64,000 nt of DNA from assembly GCA_026026165.1 (NCBI GenBank), contig JAPEUD010000099.1, positions 1-64,000 on the forward strand, written 5' to 3'. Below, piece after piece: positions 38,076 to 52,731 of this stretch. The position numbers and the translations under genes were made by a program. Numbering within the stretch: position 1 is the first letter of the stretch; each line of letters opens with the position of its first letter. The stretch is from Sarea resinae. Lineage: Eukaryota. Under the pieces are notes generated by a model, which made no database searches, was not told where the DNA came from, and saw only the letters and a list, made by a program, of their open reading frames with translations.

Positions 38076-40108
38076 ATGGCGACTGTGGCAACCCCCCCAC
38101 GGTTCACCGGCCCACAGTGGCATCCCGATGGAGATATCATCAGCACGATACCCGATCCGCGTAGTCCGGCCCCATCTCCACATCCATCGAGAAATCCATC
38201 TCTCACGTCTTCGCAGCATCCAGATCACAACAGCGAGGTGGAGGCCCTCAGTAACAAGCTTATCAGTGCGATCAACTACCAGACGAGCCTTGATGATACG
38301 TTGGCAGCAACACGACATGAATTAGAGGCGGCAAAACAGAAGTTACGCAAGCTTGAGGCTGCCAACCAAGAACATGCAGATATGCTAGCAACTGGGATGC
38401 TGGTAAAGCGAACGGAGGTCGAAGGAGAAACGTTGCAATTGAGGGGCGCCCTGGACGAGGAGAAGAAGCAAAGAGGCGTGGCTGAGAAGGACAAGAAAAA
38501 CATTGAGCAAGAGCTGGAGAATTTGACAACTGCTCTATTCGAAGAAGCTAATAAGGTAATAACCCCAAGGTCGCTCTTGAGCTGTCCATGACTTACGCGT
38601 GACAGATGGTGGCTGCTGCTCGAAAAGATCGAGAGGCGGTAGAACGCAAGAATGATCAGCTCAGATCTCAGTTGAACGACACAGAACTCCTCCTCGCCTC
38701 CCACCAAGAACAACTCACAGAACTCAAGACAGTGATGCAGCAGATGAGTTCTGACCGTGACGAGACAGAAACCAACACGAACATTTCCACCGCGCCATCA
38801 ACGCCAGCTCTAGGTACACAGGACGGCTTTTCGAGGACCACAGAAAATCTTCACCTATCTCCGAATGGCGCAATCGCTGATGATGTCTCACCCGCACAAC
38901 CCCTGAGCTTTTCTCACTTGATACATCCGATCTTGCGGAATGATTTGCAAGCGTACGAAGACTTCCGTTCTCTGCTCCAAGCGGCAAAATCGACTGCTCC
39001 GCCAAGTCGAGCTTCCAGCGGGTCTTATGGCGGTCTGAACATGATGGGACTTCGAAATTTTGCCAGTTCCAGTCAGTTACACGCTAACGCAACTGCATCT
39101 GCAAATGCAAGCGCGGCTACACCTGGTCCGTCTCCTACGTCACCTGTCACGCCAGCCTCCAACAATAGCGCTGGGTCGGGCAAAGAAGCAGCTACTTCTC
39201 TGAGAGATACGCCGTTCTACAAAAGAGTTCTCATCGAGGACCTTGAGCCGACTTTACGCTTGGACACTGCACCCGGTCTTTCTTGGCTTGCCAGACGAAC
39301 AGTCATCCACTCGATGAGTGATGGCAGTCTTGTCGTTGAACCAATGCCAGCCTCATCTAGACGTTATACATACACCTGCTCTCTTTGTGGTGAGTGTCGT
39401 AAGGGAGACGAATACGCGCGGACCCACCGATTCAAGTCGAGTGACAGCGATAGCGCGCAACGTTACCCCTTATGTAATTTTTGCCTTGGTCGAGTCAGAG
39501 CTTCGTGTGATTTCCTTGGCTTCCTGAGGATGATCAAGGATGGGCATTGGCGTGTGGATGGCCCCGAAGGCGAGAAAGCGGCTTGGGAAGAAAGCGTGAG
39601 GCTTCGAGAGAGGATGTTCTGGACAAGGATTGGTGGTGGCGTGGTCCCTGCATTTGTTCAAATCGGCGACTCGCCAAGGCCATCTGCAAGTCACGACAGG
39701 GTTGGCGAAGACGGTAAAGATGATTTCATGGCTGGAAGGGAATCAGTTGAGAGTAAAGATGTACCGCGGGATCGGGTGACCGAGGATATCTTCCACTCGG
39801 ATGTTAAGCGGGCATCCATTGGCAACAAGATAATCTCGAGGGATGCGTTGACTCATGTTACCACCGGAGCTATGGGATCCAAGGAGGACATCAACGAAGG
39901 AGAACTCGCCGACAACAATCCACAAAGTCCTACGGATGCGAGAATCGAGAACCAGACTGCGGAGGAACTTCGGAAGAATGTTCGAAATTCGATGGCCTTG
40001 AATGTAACAGACATTGGCAAGCTAAAAGATCTTGATGCCGAGTCGTCGTCATCCGAAGCGGAACCACGGCTATCTCTTACCATTCCAGGCGCTTTTGAGG
40101 AAGTATGA
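38076..40108 (+). CDS. SEC2: Rab (Sec4) guanine-nucleotide exchange factor Sec2, intron 38556-38605; possible upstream extension from 37838
   Basis: EVEALSNKLISAINYQTSLDDTL, IEQELENLTTALFEEANK/MVAAAR, FYKRVLIEDLEPTLRLDTAPGLSWLARR, CSLCGE, YPLCNFCLGRVRASCDF, WEESVRLRERMFWTRIGGG. Confidence 0.93.
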
Positions 40109-42850
40109 ATTCGTCGTAATCACATTCAACCTCTAGCAAGCGTCCGATCCTCCGGCACTGCATCATTTGAAGGGCATTAGCTCTGTATCCTATCTTGCCG
40201 ACCACCAACAACATGGATATCATCTCCAATTCTTCAAAAGCAACATTTTGGGCGATTCTTGCCTCTATGAACCTCTCACTTCGCGCTGGGATGCAAGCCT
40301 GCTACTCTCCCGTCTCCTTTATTCGGCTGTTCTGTCATATTCTCCCTCGTTCACCATTCGAGAGACTGGCTGGGCAGCATTCGTCTCATTACTGCGGCTA
40401 CAAGCACATACGGACAATTTTTCTTACGAATATTCATAAACGAAAACGACTTACCAGTTCAAGTTCATCTTCTTTTCTCTTTCGTCGAAGTTCTCAAGCA
40501 TACATCTTTTGGTCTGGTCTGGTTGGCCTCCGGTCAAGCGCTTTCCTATTTCGCGTCGGCCATTGGTCAATGGTTGAACGGGATTCTCATCTGTCTGTTT
40601 TGTCTGTATCGGATTTTCGCGATCTTTTGTTTGTGTCTCTTGAGTCAGGTAAAACATTTAACGTTGATTGACAACTCAATCTCATGTACGAATGAATTGA
40701 AAGATGGCAAGGAAGACTAGGAAGGGCATGGGAAGCTAAAGCAAGGACGGCCGGAAATTCATTATAAATGTCTGGTTCATGCGCAGCGAAAGCGAAGTTG
40801 TATTTGTACGATTAGGTAGCTTATCTGGGTCCAAATTACCCATATAGTATGCTTCTCTCAAGAGAAGGGTCTCGCAGTAGATACGTCATGGAGCATATTC
40901 ATAGATTGTTTACATTTGACGTGGATAACAATGATCTGGCTTAGAAGATTTACTTGACTTACATGATATTTAGTACATCTACGGTCTGCTAGAGAGATTC
41001 TTTTTCAAGAGCGCAAAACGATAATGTACTGCTGCTCTTTTTAATATCGCTACTACTGCGTATTACTACAAGAGCGACTGGAAATGCTACTGTTCATGTC
41101 TAATGCTGCGCATTTGATGGCACTAGTAGTAGATTTCCCGAACCTTTACTTTGCAGTGGACTGTCGCCGTTGCAGCTAAAGGAGCGGCATCCCGGTCGGC
41201 TTCGGTCCAGGCGTAGACACTTTGCAGAGTCCAGACGGAGAAAACAGCGCTGGGTAAGGCAAATAGGGCAGATACCGGCCCCCGTTGCACCAAGGGGCCC
41301 CAGTCGAAGCACGCACGATACCCCTGCTATCAGGTAATAGAACGAGCTGCGAGCTGAAGCTGGAGGGACGGATTCATGCTCGTGTTTTGAGTTTGTTGTT
41401 TATGTCGCGAACCGGCAGTGTTTAAGTGCAACTGCAACCGGGCGCTCCTTCGCTCGCTCGTGTTCGCATTCGGGTTCCTAACCTGGGTAGGGCTCACGCT
41501 AGTGGGGTTAAGCATTCTCGCTACCTTAGAGCTCTCGTACTATGTAGACGCCTAAGTTTTCTCTCCGTCTGTTCTAGAGTAACTAGGAACAGTATGAGGA
41601 AGATCGCTATTCTCGTATTGAAGGGAAAAGGAGCGCGAACTGAAGAAGACGAGAAGTGAAGAATGGAAATTACATATCCGTAAGTCCAATTGCGATACGA
41701 GTTCGAAAGGGGCCTACGTTTGAGGCGGTTTCGCGGCTTAGTGATGCTAGAGAAGACGAAGGGGTTGGAAGGAAAAGATTGGTCGAGGCGGGGGAATAGG
41801 GCACTGTGCTTATTGTTATGAGGAGTTTGGGAGCAATCCTTCGACCTAGATTACTGGAACAACGGGTGATGGCTTCATCGCTGGTGTGATCGATTAGGAC
41901 CAGGACATACTCCGAGTACACAATCTACCTACTCTGTACTTCGTACCTTATCTTCTCATCACCTACCTAAAGTTCCCAAGGTATTCATCAGGTAGAAGAA
42001 TAGAGTTACGAGGTCCCATACGGAGTACTCAATTGTCCTCCGCATCCAGTTTGGCTCGCCGGATCCTACGCTAGGCCTGAGGCTCCATCAACCCCCCAAA
42101 TCGTCAGGACTATACTCTGGGTGATTACTAGGTGCCTACCTTCTACCTTTCCACGACAATGCCAATCCTATTGCGGACGCAAGACAGTTTCGGAAGAAGC
42201 ATAGTCGCTCCTACTTTCTGATGAATTAGAACACCTTGCTGACTACCATTGCGTTTGGCTTTGCCTCCTGCATCTACCTACCTAAGGCAGGTATTATCTT
42301 ACCGTCCTCGGTATGGTGGCTTGTTTACCAGGTGGATATAACGGCCAGCGCCTCCAACGGGCCAAATTGATGTGTCAAAGCTGTCACGGAGGATGACATT
42401 TTCAGCTCTTTTTAGCTTTCTTGGCTCTTCCTAGCTTCACATCATGCACCCTGGCGGACCTGGCTTTACAGGTAGACGAGTGCGCAAGGCGCAGCCTTAT
42501 GGCATAGATACGCTGTGTGCGGCCTGGGCTGTGTAACGAACGAGGGGCAGGAGGGATTGATATATTTACCAGCGCACTCTACTCTCCATTGCTCTGCAGA
42601 CCCCAGTGAATTTGTTTTTGTCTCTCCTTCCTCCCTGTCCCTGAGGCCAGCTGGGCACACTGCTCTCTTCCCCAAGAATTTCAGCTTCGATCTTTAGCTT
42701 CAAGGTGCAGATCTGCGAGGCACATCAATTTCCTTTTTCCTGACGAAGTCGTCGTTTCAGCAGTCTTCACCAATCTCCTGGATGCACCAATTTCTCTGAC
42801 CGGACAATATTTACTATGATACCAGCATCTTCGTCATTCATCTGCTCAGA

Positions 42851-43784
42851 ATGAAGCCAACGATTGCACTCCCCCTCCTTTCTGTCTTCTCCGCGTCACA
42901 TCTCCTTCTTCTCGGAGCCGCTCTTCCGTTGCCTGCTCCGGCGCCCCCACATCACTATCCCATCAACGACATTCAAAGCTTTATCCTCGGCACTCACAGC
43001 TGGAATAAATACATCGACAACAGTCCGGCCCAATCGGAAACTTTATCCCAGTCGCACAGTTCAGCGGAAATACAGCGTCAAAAATTCCTCGACTCCGACG
43101 AGGATGAGAATGACACAGAGGTCGGCCTACGCCCAACCCCAACGTCTGATCTCATGCCGGAAAAGAGACCAATGTCGACATTTGAGTTGATGCAGCAAAG
43201 CCGGCGCACCCATGTCACTACATCCGCTCCTTCTGTACCACACGCAGCAAAGGACCCCGCAACCCCACCATCATTCCTCTTCGGCCCTCCTCAAGACAGC
43301 CTTGACTTCCAACAGTTCCAGCAACACCCCATCCCAGCTTCCGCCAAGAGAGTCATAAACGAATTCAACAAATTCAACGGCGGCACCCTGCTGGCTTTCT
43401 TCCTACTCGCAACTTTGATCGTCGAGATCGGCGAACGGGTCTTCTTCACGTGCGTTAGCCTTGTTCTTTCTTTCTCACGTCGTTTTGCGATTTGTTTATA
43501 CTACTCATCTACAATTATGGTACGCGTTCTGGTTAACTGATTTATCATCCAGGTCCCACAGCGACGATGCAGAAAATAACGATTACCCTAGTGCAAAGGA
43601 GAAGATAATCATAATCGATGGACAGAGTGTCAAATCGAACCAGCTCAACGTCGCTTGGAGTGATCTTCCCAGGACGCACCATCCTCCCAGATACTCGACT
43701 CCCCCAATATATACAAAGCCATCATGGGATGAAGAGAAACACAATTCACTTTCAGAGAAACCAGACTTCCTCCCTCAATATTGA
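42851..43784 (+). CDS. Hypothetical protein with a signal peptide and one transmembrane helix, 2 exons (intron ~43450-43552)
   Basis: Hydrophobic N-terminus MKPTIALPLLSVFSASHLLLLGAALP, TM segment TLLAFFLLATLIVEIG, and a GTGCGT...TTAACTGA...CAG intron joining ORF 43461-43784. Confidence 0.65.
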
Positions 43785-44199
43785 GTTCGTTCGCCTCAAC
43801 CTCCACCATTTACAACCTTGCTCTCGCCACCAGGCCTTCTATGGTCTAGCAGCATGCTTCTGTTGCTACACCAACGACACCGAATATTCCTACTCTTCGT
43901 TGCCCGTGGCTTTCTTTAGCTTCGGGAGCTGGATTAAGGATAGGAATTAAAGATGGAGATACGACTCTATAATCCTCAGTTTGCCTGCTCTCAATATCCC
44001 GCTTCTGTCGGCAGAGCGACGACTCGCAATGAGCCCAGTAGGGAAATAGAGGAGCTGAAAAGGGGCAGGCTATAACGGCCGGACAGGCCGAACTACTATA
44101 TTCAGCCAAAAGCGTCCGGCCAGCCGAGTTCTGACCGAGCGACCACATCAACCCCTATATGATTGATCAATGCCTAGAGGCTCAACAAGAGGTCGCCAT

Positions 44200-44900
44200 G
44201 CTCTGGAATTCATTATCTAGCTAGCTCAGAAGGCTAATCATTATCTTGCATATCCACCGCGTGCTTTGTTGCTTCCTGAAAACCGATGTATTGGGCTTTG
44301 TGCTAGCCTCTCTAGGTCTTCCTCCCTATATCCCTCTATGCCTTGTACACAGCCTAGATAATCGCATCTTGGACCCTAGCCTGCCCGCCACGCATATTGT
44401 AAAGCTCTAGATGGCTGTTCTAAACAGCGTTCTTAACGCGCTTCTAAAGGTTTCTGATTAGGTTCAAATCAGGAGAGTGACGAAGCTACCCTATAACCTA
44501 ATGACCTCGTGTTACTAATTAATTCCTTAACCCCCCCACCCCCCTCTGACTATCTACGCGTGTATTTTCCTGCAAAAAGTCTTAGTCTAGGTAGACTATA
44601 TCTTCTATTAGAGCAAGTAGGCGTGGTATAGGACTGTCTTGTAGATTATACTACTAGAAAATGTACGCGGCCTGTAAAAATAGGAGTAGGTCTTTATATA
44701 ACAATGCCTCTATAAATCCCCTACTAAAGCAACCCTAAAATGTAATACTAGTCTAAGTCCTTGTGCTTCCTGTATAGAAGCCTCTTTGCCTTCTCTACTT
44801 CGCCTAGCTAGACACAGCCGCTCTGCTGCTGGCTAGCTATTTACTAATGTTTCCTTTTCTACGTCTGTGTTGAACTGTCCTTTGCGAGACATAAAGGTAG
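44200..44900. mobile_element. Probable RIP-degraded repeat relic, family unidentified
   Basis: Local TpA/CTAG enrichment and lack of long ORFs, similar in texture to 26.2-33.8 kb. No termini or protein motif recognised. Confidence 0.35.
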
Positions 44901-46636
44901 CGTGTTCTGCTGGATTTCTGCAACGGGCCAGCGCGCGGCTCTGCTGCTCTAGGCTGCGTTCTACGCCGCGTTGAACAGTCGCTGCTGCGGTAGTATTCCC
45001 AGGCCTGCCGGCTCGTGGTGCAGAAGCATGGCTGTTGCGCTCTGTGCCTCGAAGCGTTGTGTCAGCTACTGTGGAGTGGAGGAACACTCATGGCGCGCGC
45101 AATTAATTGCTCGATTCGAAGCCTCGGCCCCATGCGTGCCTCGGATCTCATCCCGTACAGCAGGATTCAGCTCTCTCTGATCGGTTGCAGGTTGTTGCGA
45201 CATGCATGACTTTGTGCGTTGAGGCCTTTGTTTACCTCGCTCAATAGGCACGATCACGCATTCAGCCTATGATTGGAGACTTCTGTCGGCTCATCATAGT
45301 AGACAGAGACGGACTCGCAGGGGCAAACCGGGGGAGGAAGAGAGGAGAGGAGAGGAGAGGAGATGCACAGTGCCAAAGAAGAAAGATGAGAGCGGGGAAG
45401 CAAAGAAGAGAGAGTGACTCGGAGAGCACCAGTCATGGGGCGGAACCCCTCAGTACTATGATACGGAGTCGATCTGCCTCGTCGATGGCGGCTGAGGCGG
45501 CTGGAATCCTTTCCAGGAAGATCGGCTGGTCTGGCGCACGATGACGAAGTGCTCGTCTCGCCTGCAGTGAGATATGCAGGGTCGTTTGCTGTTTGGAGCA
45601 TCACACCCGGGTAACTACTTCGATAAGATTACCCATCTTAAGATATCACTTTACCTCCATGTGGCGTCACGACGGGCTACCTACTTTACCCACATACTGC
45701 CTACTGCCTTTGATATAGGTTCCACGATGTTCGCTGGGGACACAATCACGCAACAAGGCGAAGGAGGTCGAGGGACGAAGTACGAAGTACGAAGTAGAGA
45801 GAGGATTCCGAGGCGGAGAGCATCTGACCGCTTTCAATGCACGGTGCTGCTTACATAGTAGAGCCTCCCCTTGCAATAGTCCACGCTCGCTCATGTGCTG
45901 CTCGTACTCTAGAGCTAGCGAGGCAGTACTCCGGAGTGCAGAGTACTCGAGAGAGGCATATCGGTACCTCGGTGAACATGCGTCGACTGGCTCTTTTCGG
46001 TGAGCTTCTCCGGCGGGGTCGTGGAGCGCGCGGGTACTTGGAAGTCTTCTCAGCGATCGCCGTGTACTACATACCTTTCGCGTTGCGCATCCAAGAGCGC
46101 CAAGCTGCCAAGCATGTGCCAAGCATGTCACCGCCTTCCACCGCCGCCGGAGCTGATTGGAGACGGAATACTTCGCACGGCGCCCGCTGCTCCATACTCA
46201 GAGCGTCAAGTCCTCTCCCCCACGACAACAAGAGCAAGATACCTACACAGGAGTTGAGACACTCACGACAGCAGATGGCCTGAGAGTCATCTCCGCCTTC
46301 AGACTCATCAAGCCATCATGGTCCGGTATATCACATGCATCGACTCATAGTTCTTGTAGACTACTCCGTACAGATTGGATCTATCTCCAGCTTATCATAT
46401 CTCTTTCCCCACGATTTTACCCCAGTCTGACAAGGGCACTTGACTACCGCCCCTCTTCCTGTCATACCTTACCTGCCAGGTGCTCGATCATCATCACTTG
46501 CGCATAATATATATAAGCCTTTTCACTCTTTTATTTCGCCTCTTTCTTTCTCCATCGCCGTCGTCGCTTCTTCGGTCGTCATCGCAGCGGCCGCTTATTG
46601 CGCTGCTCCTCTCAATAGAGCTGAGGTCATCTGAGC

Positions 46637-49079
46637 ATGCCTTCCTCCGTCGCCCCCGGGCCAGGCCAGCCAAACGTTGCGCCCCCACAACCAGATACGA
46701 CGAATGTCTCGTCCGCGGATCATTCAGATGCTGCCAAACCGCAAAGATGGCGGAATCTTTTTGGCAGATCAGGTGCGGATCGCCAGAGTACGGGGTCCGC
46801 AGAGGACGTGGAAGACCAGAAGCCTCGACTCCCGAGATGGAATATGGGGATGCTGAATGACAGAGACACGGAAGAAGTCCCGGGTATGACATCCGCCTGT
46901 GCTTGCTTTACTAACCCTCAATCAAATGCCGTCTAGCTAACAAATGTATCAAGGCTCAATTCTCTTGCTCCCCACGTCCGATCATAATGCGCCTCTCGGT
47001 CTTAGGAATCAACCAGCTCGGACCTCTGCATCTTCTCTTCCTCAGTCCCCTTTCACGGCCCGGTCACGGCGGAACAAATCACGATCACCTGCGCCAAAGA
47101 AACGAACCCCAAATGGACAGATTATTCTAGATCCTCAGCCGGATGACTCTCTCAACGACCCCTTGAATTGGCCAGCTCGTCGTCGTGATGTTGCTCTAAT
47201 CTCTCTTGGATTATATTGCATGATTGGCGGTGGAATGACACCAATTCTGGCCGCAGGCTTCACTAATATCTCGCATACTTATCATGTCACCGTACCAAGA
47301 GTAGCCCTGACCACGGGACTGTATATGATGGGCCTTGGAGTTGGTTCGGTATTTGCAGCACCTACAGCTATTCTCTTTGGGAAGAGGCCAGTCTACTTAG
47401 TTGGTGCGATCGTCTTTATTCTTACTGCCGTTTGGTGTGCGCTCTCTCCCAACTACGCTTCGCTGGTCACGGCAAGAGTGTTTCAGGGCATAGCAGTCAG
47501 CCCTGTCGAATGCTTGCCCTCGGCAACCATAGCAGAGATTTTTTTCCTCCACGAACGGGCATACCGCATTGGAATCTACACGCTACTCCTTCTAGGCGGC
47601 AAAAATCTCGTGCCACTGGTCAGCGCTGCTGTTATCCAGAGCTTGGGATGGCGATGGGTCTTCTGGTAATCTTTTCTAGCTAATTCTTATCGCAGCTAAC
47701 GTTTCAAGGATTGTTGCCATGATCGTCGGTTTCTGCTTCTGTCTCCTGTTCTTGTTTGTCCCAGAGACATTCTGGGATCGAACTCCTCGACCACACGAAC
47801 ACAAGCCAAAAAAGCATACAGGACATATGAATTTCTCCGGGTTGTTTCATTCTCACCATCAAGCAGAAACTCCCCACGCAGATGAAGGGGAAGCCAGTAA
47901 TTTCGATCCTGACAAGGTTGCACAAGCTACTAGCTCAGGCGCTGCCGAACCGAGCACTCAGAGACGCAACCACAAAGCCTCTCACGTGGGCTTTGTTGAA
48001 GAGGAAAAGGATATCGCAGATATCAGTTCATCGGCTGCTGCTGGAGAACAGCCAGTAAACGTGCCTGAAATCAGCATCTCTTCCCCAGCTTCACAAAACC
48101 AGCCCGGTCAAGACGTTGGCTATTTTGATCATGCCGCTTTAGATGAAAAGGGCACGCCGATGGATTCGGAAGCGAGATCTTCCGAGATCGAACGCAACGA
48201 ATACCTCTCAGCAAACGCACCCCTTCACTACACGGCAATTCTCCAGGATCGCCCTCCCAAAAGCTTCAAGCAAACTCTTAGACCCTGGAACGGCCGCCTT
48301 CGTCATGATAACTGGCTCCGGGTCGCCTTCCGTCCCTTCATCCTATTTTCGTATCCTGCAGTCCTCTGGAGTACTGTCGTTTACTCTTTGAGTATCGGCT
48401 GGCTAATTGTCCTTTCCGAATCTGTTTCTACCATCTATCGCTCCCGCGACACATATAATTTTACCGCCCTCGGTGCCGGTCTTGTATATATTTCACCTTT
48501 CGTCGGCGGTGTTTTAGGGACAGCCGTTGCTGGAAAAGTCAGCGATATCATCGTACGGTACATGAGTCGGCGAAATGGCGGTGTCTACGAGCCTGAATTC
48601 CGTCTTGTGATGGCTATTCCAGTGGCCATGTCGACCTCTATCGGCTTGATGGGCTACGGCTGGAGCGCCCAGGAGCGTGACAAGTGGATAGTGCCAACGG
48701 TTTTCTTTGGCATCATCAGCTTTGGGTGTTCGCTGGGCAGTACGACCGCTATTACATTTTGCGTTGATAGCTACCGTCAATATGCGGGTGAGGCGCTCGT
48801 CACGCTGAATTTTTCAAAAAGTATGCATGTCTCCTTCCGTAAATTTAGAGGCGCTCGACCTTGGAGATCGCCCGACTGACTTATCTAATAGACATATTTC
48901 ACGGCCTCGTCTTCTCTCTCTTCTTCAACAAGTGGCTCCAATCTGACGGCTCCAAGGACGTTTTTCTCGCTCTAGGCGGCATTCAGCTCGGCTGTCTGCT
49001 CTTTACTATTCCGATGTATATCTATGGGAAGAGGGCCCGCATGTGGACTGTAAAGAATAACTTCATGGAGAAGTTCTAA
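46637..49079 (+). CDS. MFS transporter, HOL1-like, 4 exons
   Basis: ILDPQPDDSLNDPLNW, FGKRPVYL, ARVFQGIAVSPVECLPSATIAEIFFLHERAYRIGIY, LGWRWVF, FVPETFWDR, RRNGGVYEPEFRL, YIYGKRARMWT. Confidence 0.92.
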
Positions 49080-50959
49080 TCATCTTTTTTAAACTGGAAA
49101 TACGAATTTGGACCTCGTGGGAGGTCCATTATGCTTGGACCGGCTAAAGCCTTCGGGGTGTCAGGCGTTCTTTTGAATAATCTACGAGCCTGAGCTTAGG
49201 GGATGAATTTTCGAAACGATATCTTACCATCTTCTCATCAATGAAATACATAAATCTCTACCATAGTTTCCAACATCCACTCACTTCGGGGTCTTTGTTA
49301 CACCATTTCCAACGGATCCTACCGCGAAAGCGCCACTGGATTGAAGTCACTATTGCAGTCCTGCGGGCATTAGGCTTGCATGGATTCGGCCTTCATCCCT
49401 TCCTATTGACTATTACGCCAGAGTTCTCGCCCATTGTGTGGCGGGGTATCCCGAGGGTAGATGTGGACAATCAGCCAAAAGTGTCACTTGCTCTGGAAGC
49501 CAGATGGATCGTGGGCCTCTATTTTGATATGCACGAGTCTGAGCGACAGGGGGAGAACTCTCGGGGCCCGTCCTTCTCCTCGTTCCGGCCAGATTTGAGA
49601 GTCGACTGTAAAGACACTCTGTTGTCGATTGCCTCAATGCATCGTACCTGGCCAGAAGTCTGCGTCAGGCCACCAACGCTCCCCCCAAAGCTATAGCTTT
49701 TTAATACTCGCTGTAAAAACACAGAACTACAAACGGGACACCTTTTTTTTTGGATCTGGCTGCAAACAATATCACAAACAATTATGAGCCAGCTTTTCAG
49801 ACAATCGAAACAACAGAGCTGCTGGAGATAATCAGATCAAGTTGCATCAGTATTACATATCAATCTGGTTGCACCTACTTTAGATCCGAACGCATACTTC
49901 TGGCCAGCCACTATAGCTGGCTGATGCTAAGATCACGACCTTATCAGGCGTATTTGACTCGCTGCTGTGGCTCGCTGCTGTGTCCCGTCTCTCTCCATCT
50001 CCCCCTGTCCCCCCCTTCTCTGCACGGCATATGAGTGACAAATCACCTTTGAGCAATTAATGTATATTGTCATGCCAATATTCAGAATCGCCTACTTTCT
50101 GATATTAGCTTACACAACATGAGTGGCAAAGGAAGGGATCTTGCGGATTATCAAGTGACCCTTCAGAGGCTAGAGATACCTCCTCTAAGGTGGTTCGACC
50201 CGAAGAAGATCTGATATGATTTTTTGCATCCCTAAGGTAAGGTAGGTAGTGACCTATTATCCTGGTGTTTACTACTAGAAGAGACATAGATTTGTTTGGT
50301 AGTAGCTTCACATCTAAGATTGTGGTAGTCTGCTTTCTACGTAGTACCTTCTGTTCCTGATACAAGAAAGAGTTGTGTAGCTCCGATAAACCTTTAGACA
50401 CTCTAATGCAGTACTTTAGCATGTTTGCTAGAAGCAGGGCCTCTATCGGATAGCAATTCGCTATCACATATTGACGGTGACATCTATATTGATCGTTTCA
50501 CCGAACTGAAATGCGCAGTACGCCTTTTGCAGCTACTCCTCTATGCGAGGAAGCGGGTGAGCTGCAAGCTGCCGACTTCCATTTGCGACTCGATGTCAAG
50601 CATGAGGAGAGCAAACATGACAACGACAAGTCACTCAGACGCCTAGGCTGGATCCCCGGTAGCCAATTTTCGTGAGATGTGAAGGCTTAGATGTAAGGTG
50701 GGGAATATGAGTGCTATCCATTTCGTTCCTTCTATTCCGCAGACTCATTCACTGCAACATGCATCTGACCTCGGGCTGCCTTCCGACCTCGTATAAGTAG
50801 CCCAGATCTCCAACGTGCCTTTGCTTCTCTTTGATTGACATTCTCTCTGCCACGCTGCCTTCCTTCCCTCGAGTCTCTTCGTCTTTATTGTGATTACATA
50901 CCTTATACTCAATCTGAGATCTGGGCCTTCTCTACCCTTCTCCAACCAACCAACTCAAC

Positions 50960-52431
50960 ATGTTTCGCCGGGTCAGTGGCAGTCTTCCGCCAGACTTTGA
51001 ATTCCCCGAGACTTTGGAAGGTCTAGGGTATGTCTGTTTCACTGCCTCGGAAATTTTTTCCTGTGTACCGCAGGCGATGACGCAGCTGACTTGAGTCCTG
51101 ACAGCTATTTCATCAACGACAAGGACCAGATCAAACAGATCGCAGACCCATCGGAAGACTTCGATTACTTCGTCTCCAAGAATGACCGCTACAATGAGAG
51201 ACACCGTGAAGCAATGAACAGTATTCCTCTTTCTATCCTCCCCCAGATGCACACAATGAAGCTAATCAACCTCATAGCCTGCATCCGCCGGGTCCTCTCT
51301 GAACGATTAGAGGCCCTCAACCTCAAGACTGTACGCCTTCCCCGCGGCACCAGCCCTACCGCTCCTCACATCCCCATCCTTGCTTCCCATTGCGCCATCT
51401 CCGACGCCGAGCGCATCATCATCATTTTCAACGAGGCTGGCCAAGACCTGGGCGTCTGGGCCTACCGCGATATTGGCGACTCGAAACGAGGCAACCTCTC
51501 CTTTGGCACCGCCATCAATCTTGTCGAGGAGATCGCTAGCCGTCACGCTAGCCGTCGCTCTGCCTGTCAACGTCGAACACCACCGTATCTGATCATCGCG
51601 AATCCGGGGCAGCTTGTTTGGCACCGAGCTGGGAAGAAGGCCATGACTATGCCTACGTGGTTTGCTCTTCAGCGGCAGAGTGCGGTGCATGACGCGATGA
51701 GATTGGACGAAGTATTCAACAGCGTCGAGGGACACCGAACCTGCAAGGAGCATGTCGCTTCGGTGTTTGCAATGATCGAGAAACTATTCGCCGAGGAAAA
51801 TATCGAGGTGCAGGTGATCGGGATCTCTGATGGAGCGACCGCGGCTGTCAATTATCTGAATGCCAATTGTAGGTCCATTGTCTCTATTATTATACCCTTT
51901 TCTTATTATCGTATTCTCATAGTCCTCGACTAACCTTCATAAGGGGAGTACTGGAACTCCCGCATCACAGCCTTGGCCCTCTGCTGCCCCACCCACACCC
52001 ACCTCGACCTCACAAACGACTCGTTTGCCGGCTTCATGCAAGCCCGTGGCCGGGCCTACCTTCTCTCGGATCTACCCGCCGGCATGCCCATTTATGGCAC
52101 AGAGGAAACCGAGCTCTCCGACTCTGTACATGGCCACTATCGCGAGTACTCCGACGAGGTCCATGGCGGTAGCGGCATATATGGGTGTAATTCCTACAGC
52201 GGTGGCGAGGAGCAGTACACGGAAAGTGTGCTGCCAAGATGTTATCATGACATATTGGATTACTTTGATGAGGTCTTCTCAGACCCCACGTTTGTAAATC
52301 CAGAGATTATGGTCTTCGATGGGAAGGACGATGAGGAAGATGTGGAGTGGGAAGCGGTGATGCAAGAAGAGGGGAAGAGTGAAGTTGCTGAAGAGAGAAA
52401 GTTTGTGGAGGTCGACGAGGGCATTGACTGA
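50960..52431 (+). CDS. Arb2-domain protein (Argonaute-binding protein 2 family), 4 exons
   Basis: MFRR..PPDFEFPETLEGLG/YFINDKDQIKQI..FDYFVSKNDRYNERHREAM; PHIPIL; QDLGVWAYR; IIANPGQLVWHR; these are motifs recalled from fungal Arb2-domain proteins. Confidence 0.8.
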
Positions 52432-52731
52432 GCTAGTGGGCCTGAAATAAAGACTCCTCTTGTCTGCTGGTGTCGAGACTGGGGAACAGTGAGCGATGAG
52501 CTGAGAAGTCAAGTTTCCTATAGGGTTAATCTGCATTTATTTGACATTCCCTGGGGCCACTTTCCAGATGCAAAACGCCGTATATGTACAATTACCCCAT
52601 TTGAGCCCAGGTCCCGATACTGGAGCCACTGTTGCACCTCAAGGTATTCTACAACATCTTTGATTTGCCCCGCCGTTTTCCCTTGCATCCACGTCAAGGC
52701 GTACACCAACACGCCTGGCACGTCTCCGGGT

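Noticed and set aside
44833..46634. Many 60-150 aa ORFs upstream of the MFS gene
   Set aside because: They overlap on both strands with no recognisable motifs or splice model; likely promoter/UTR sequence.
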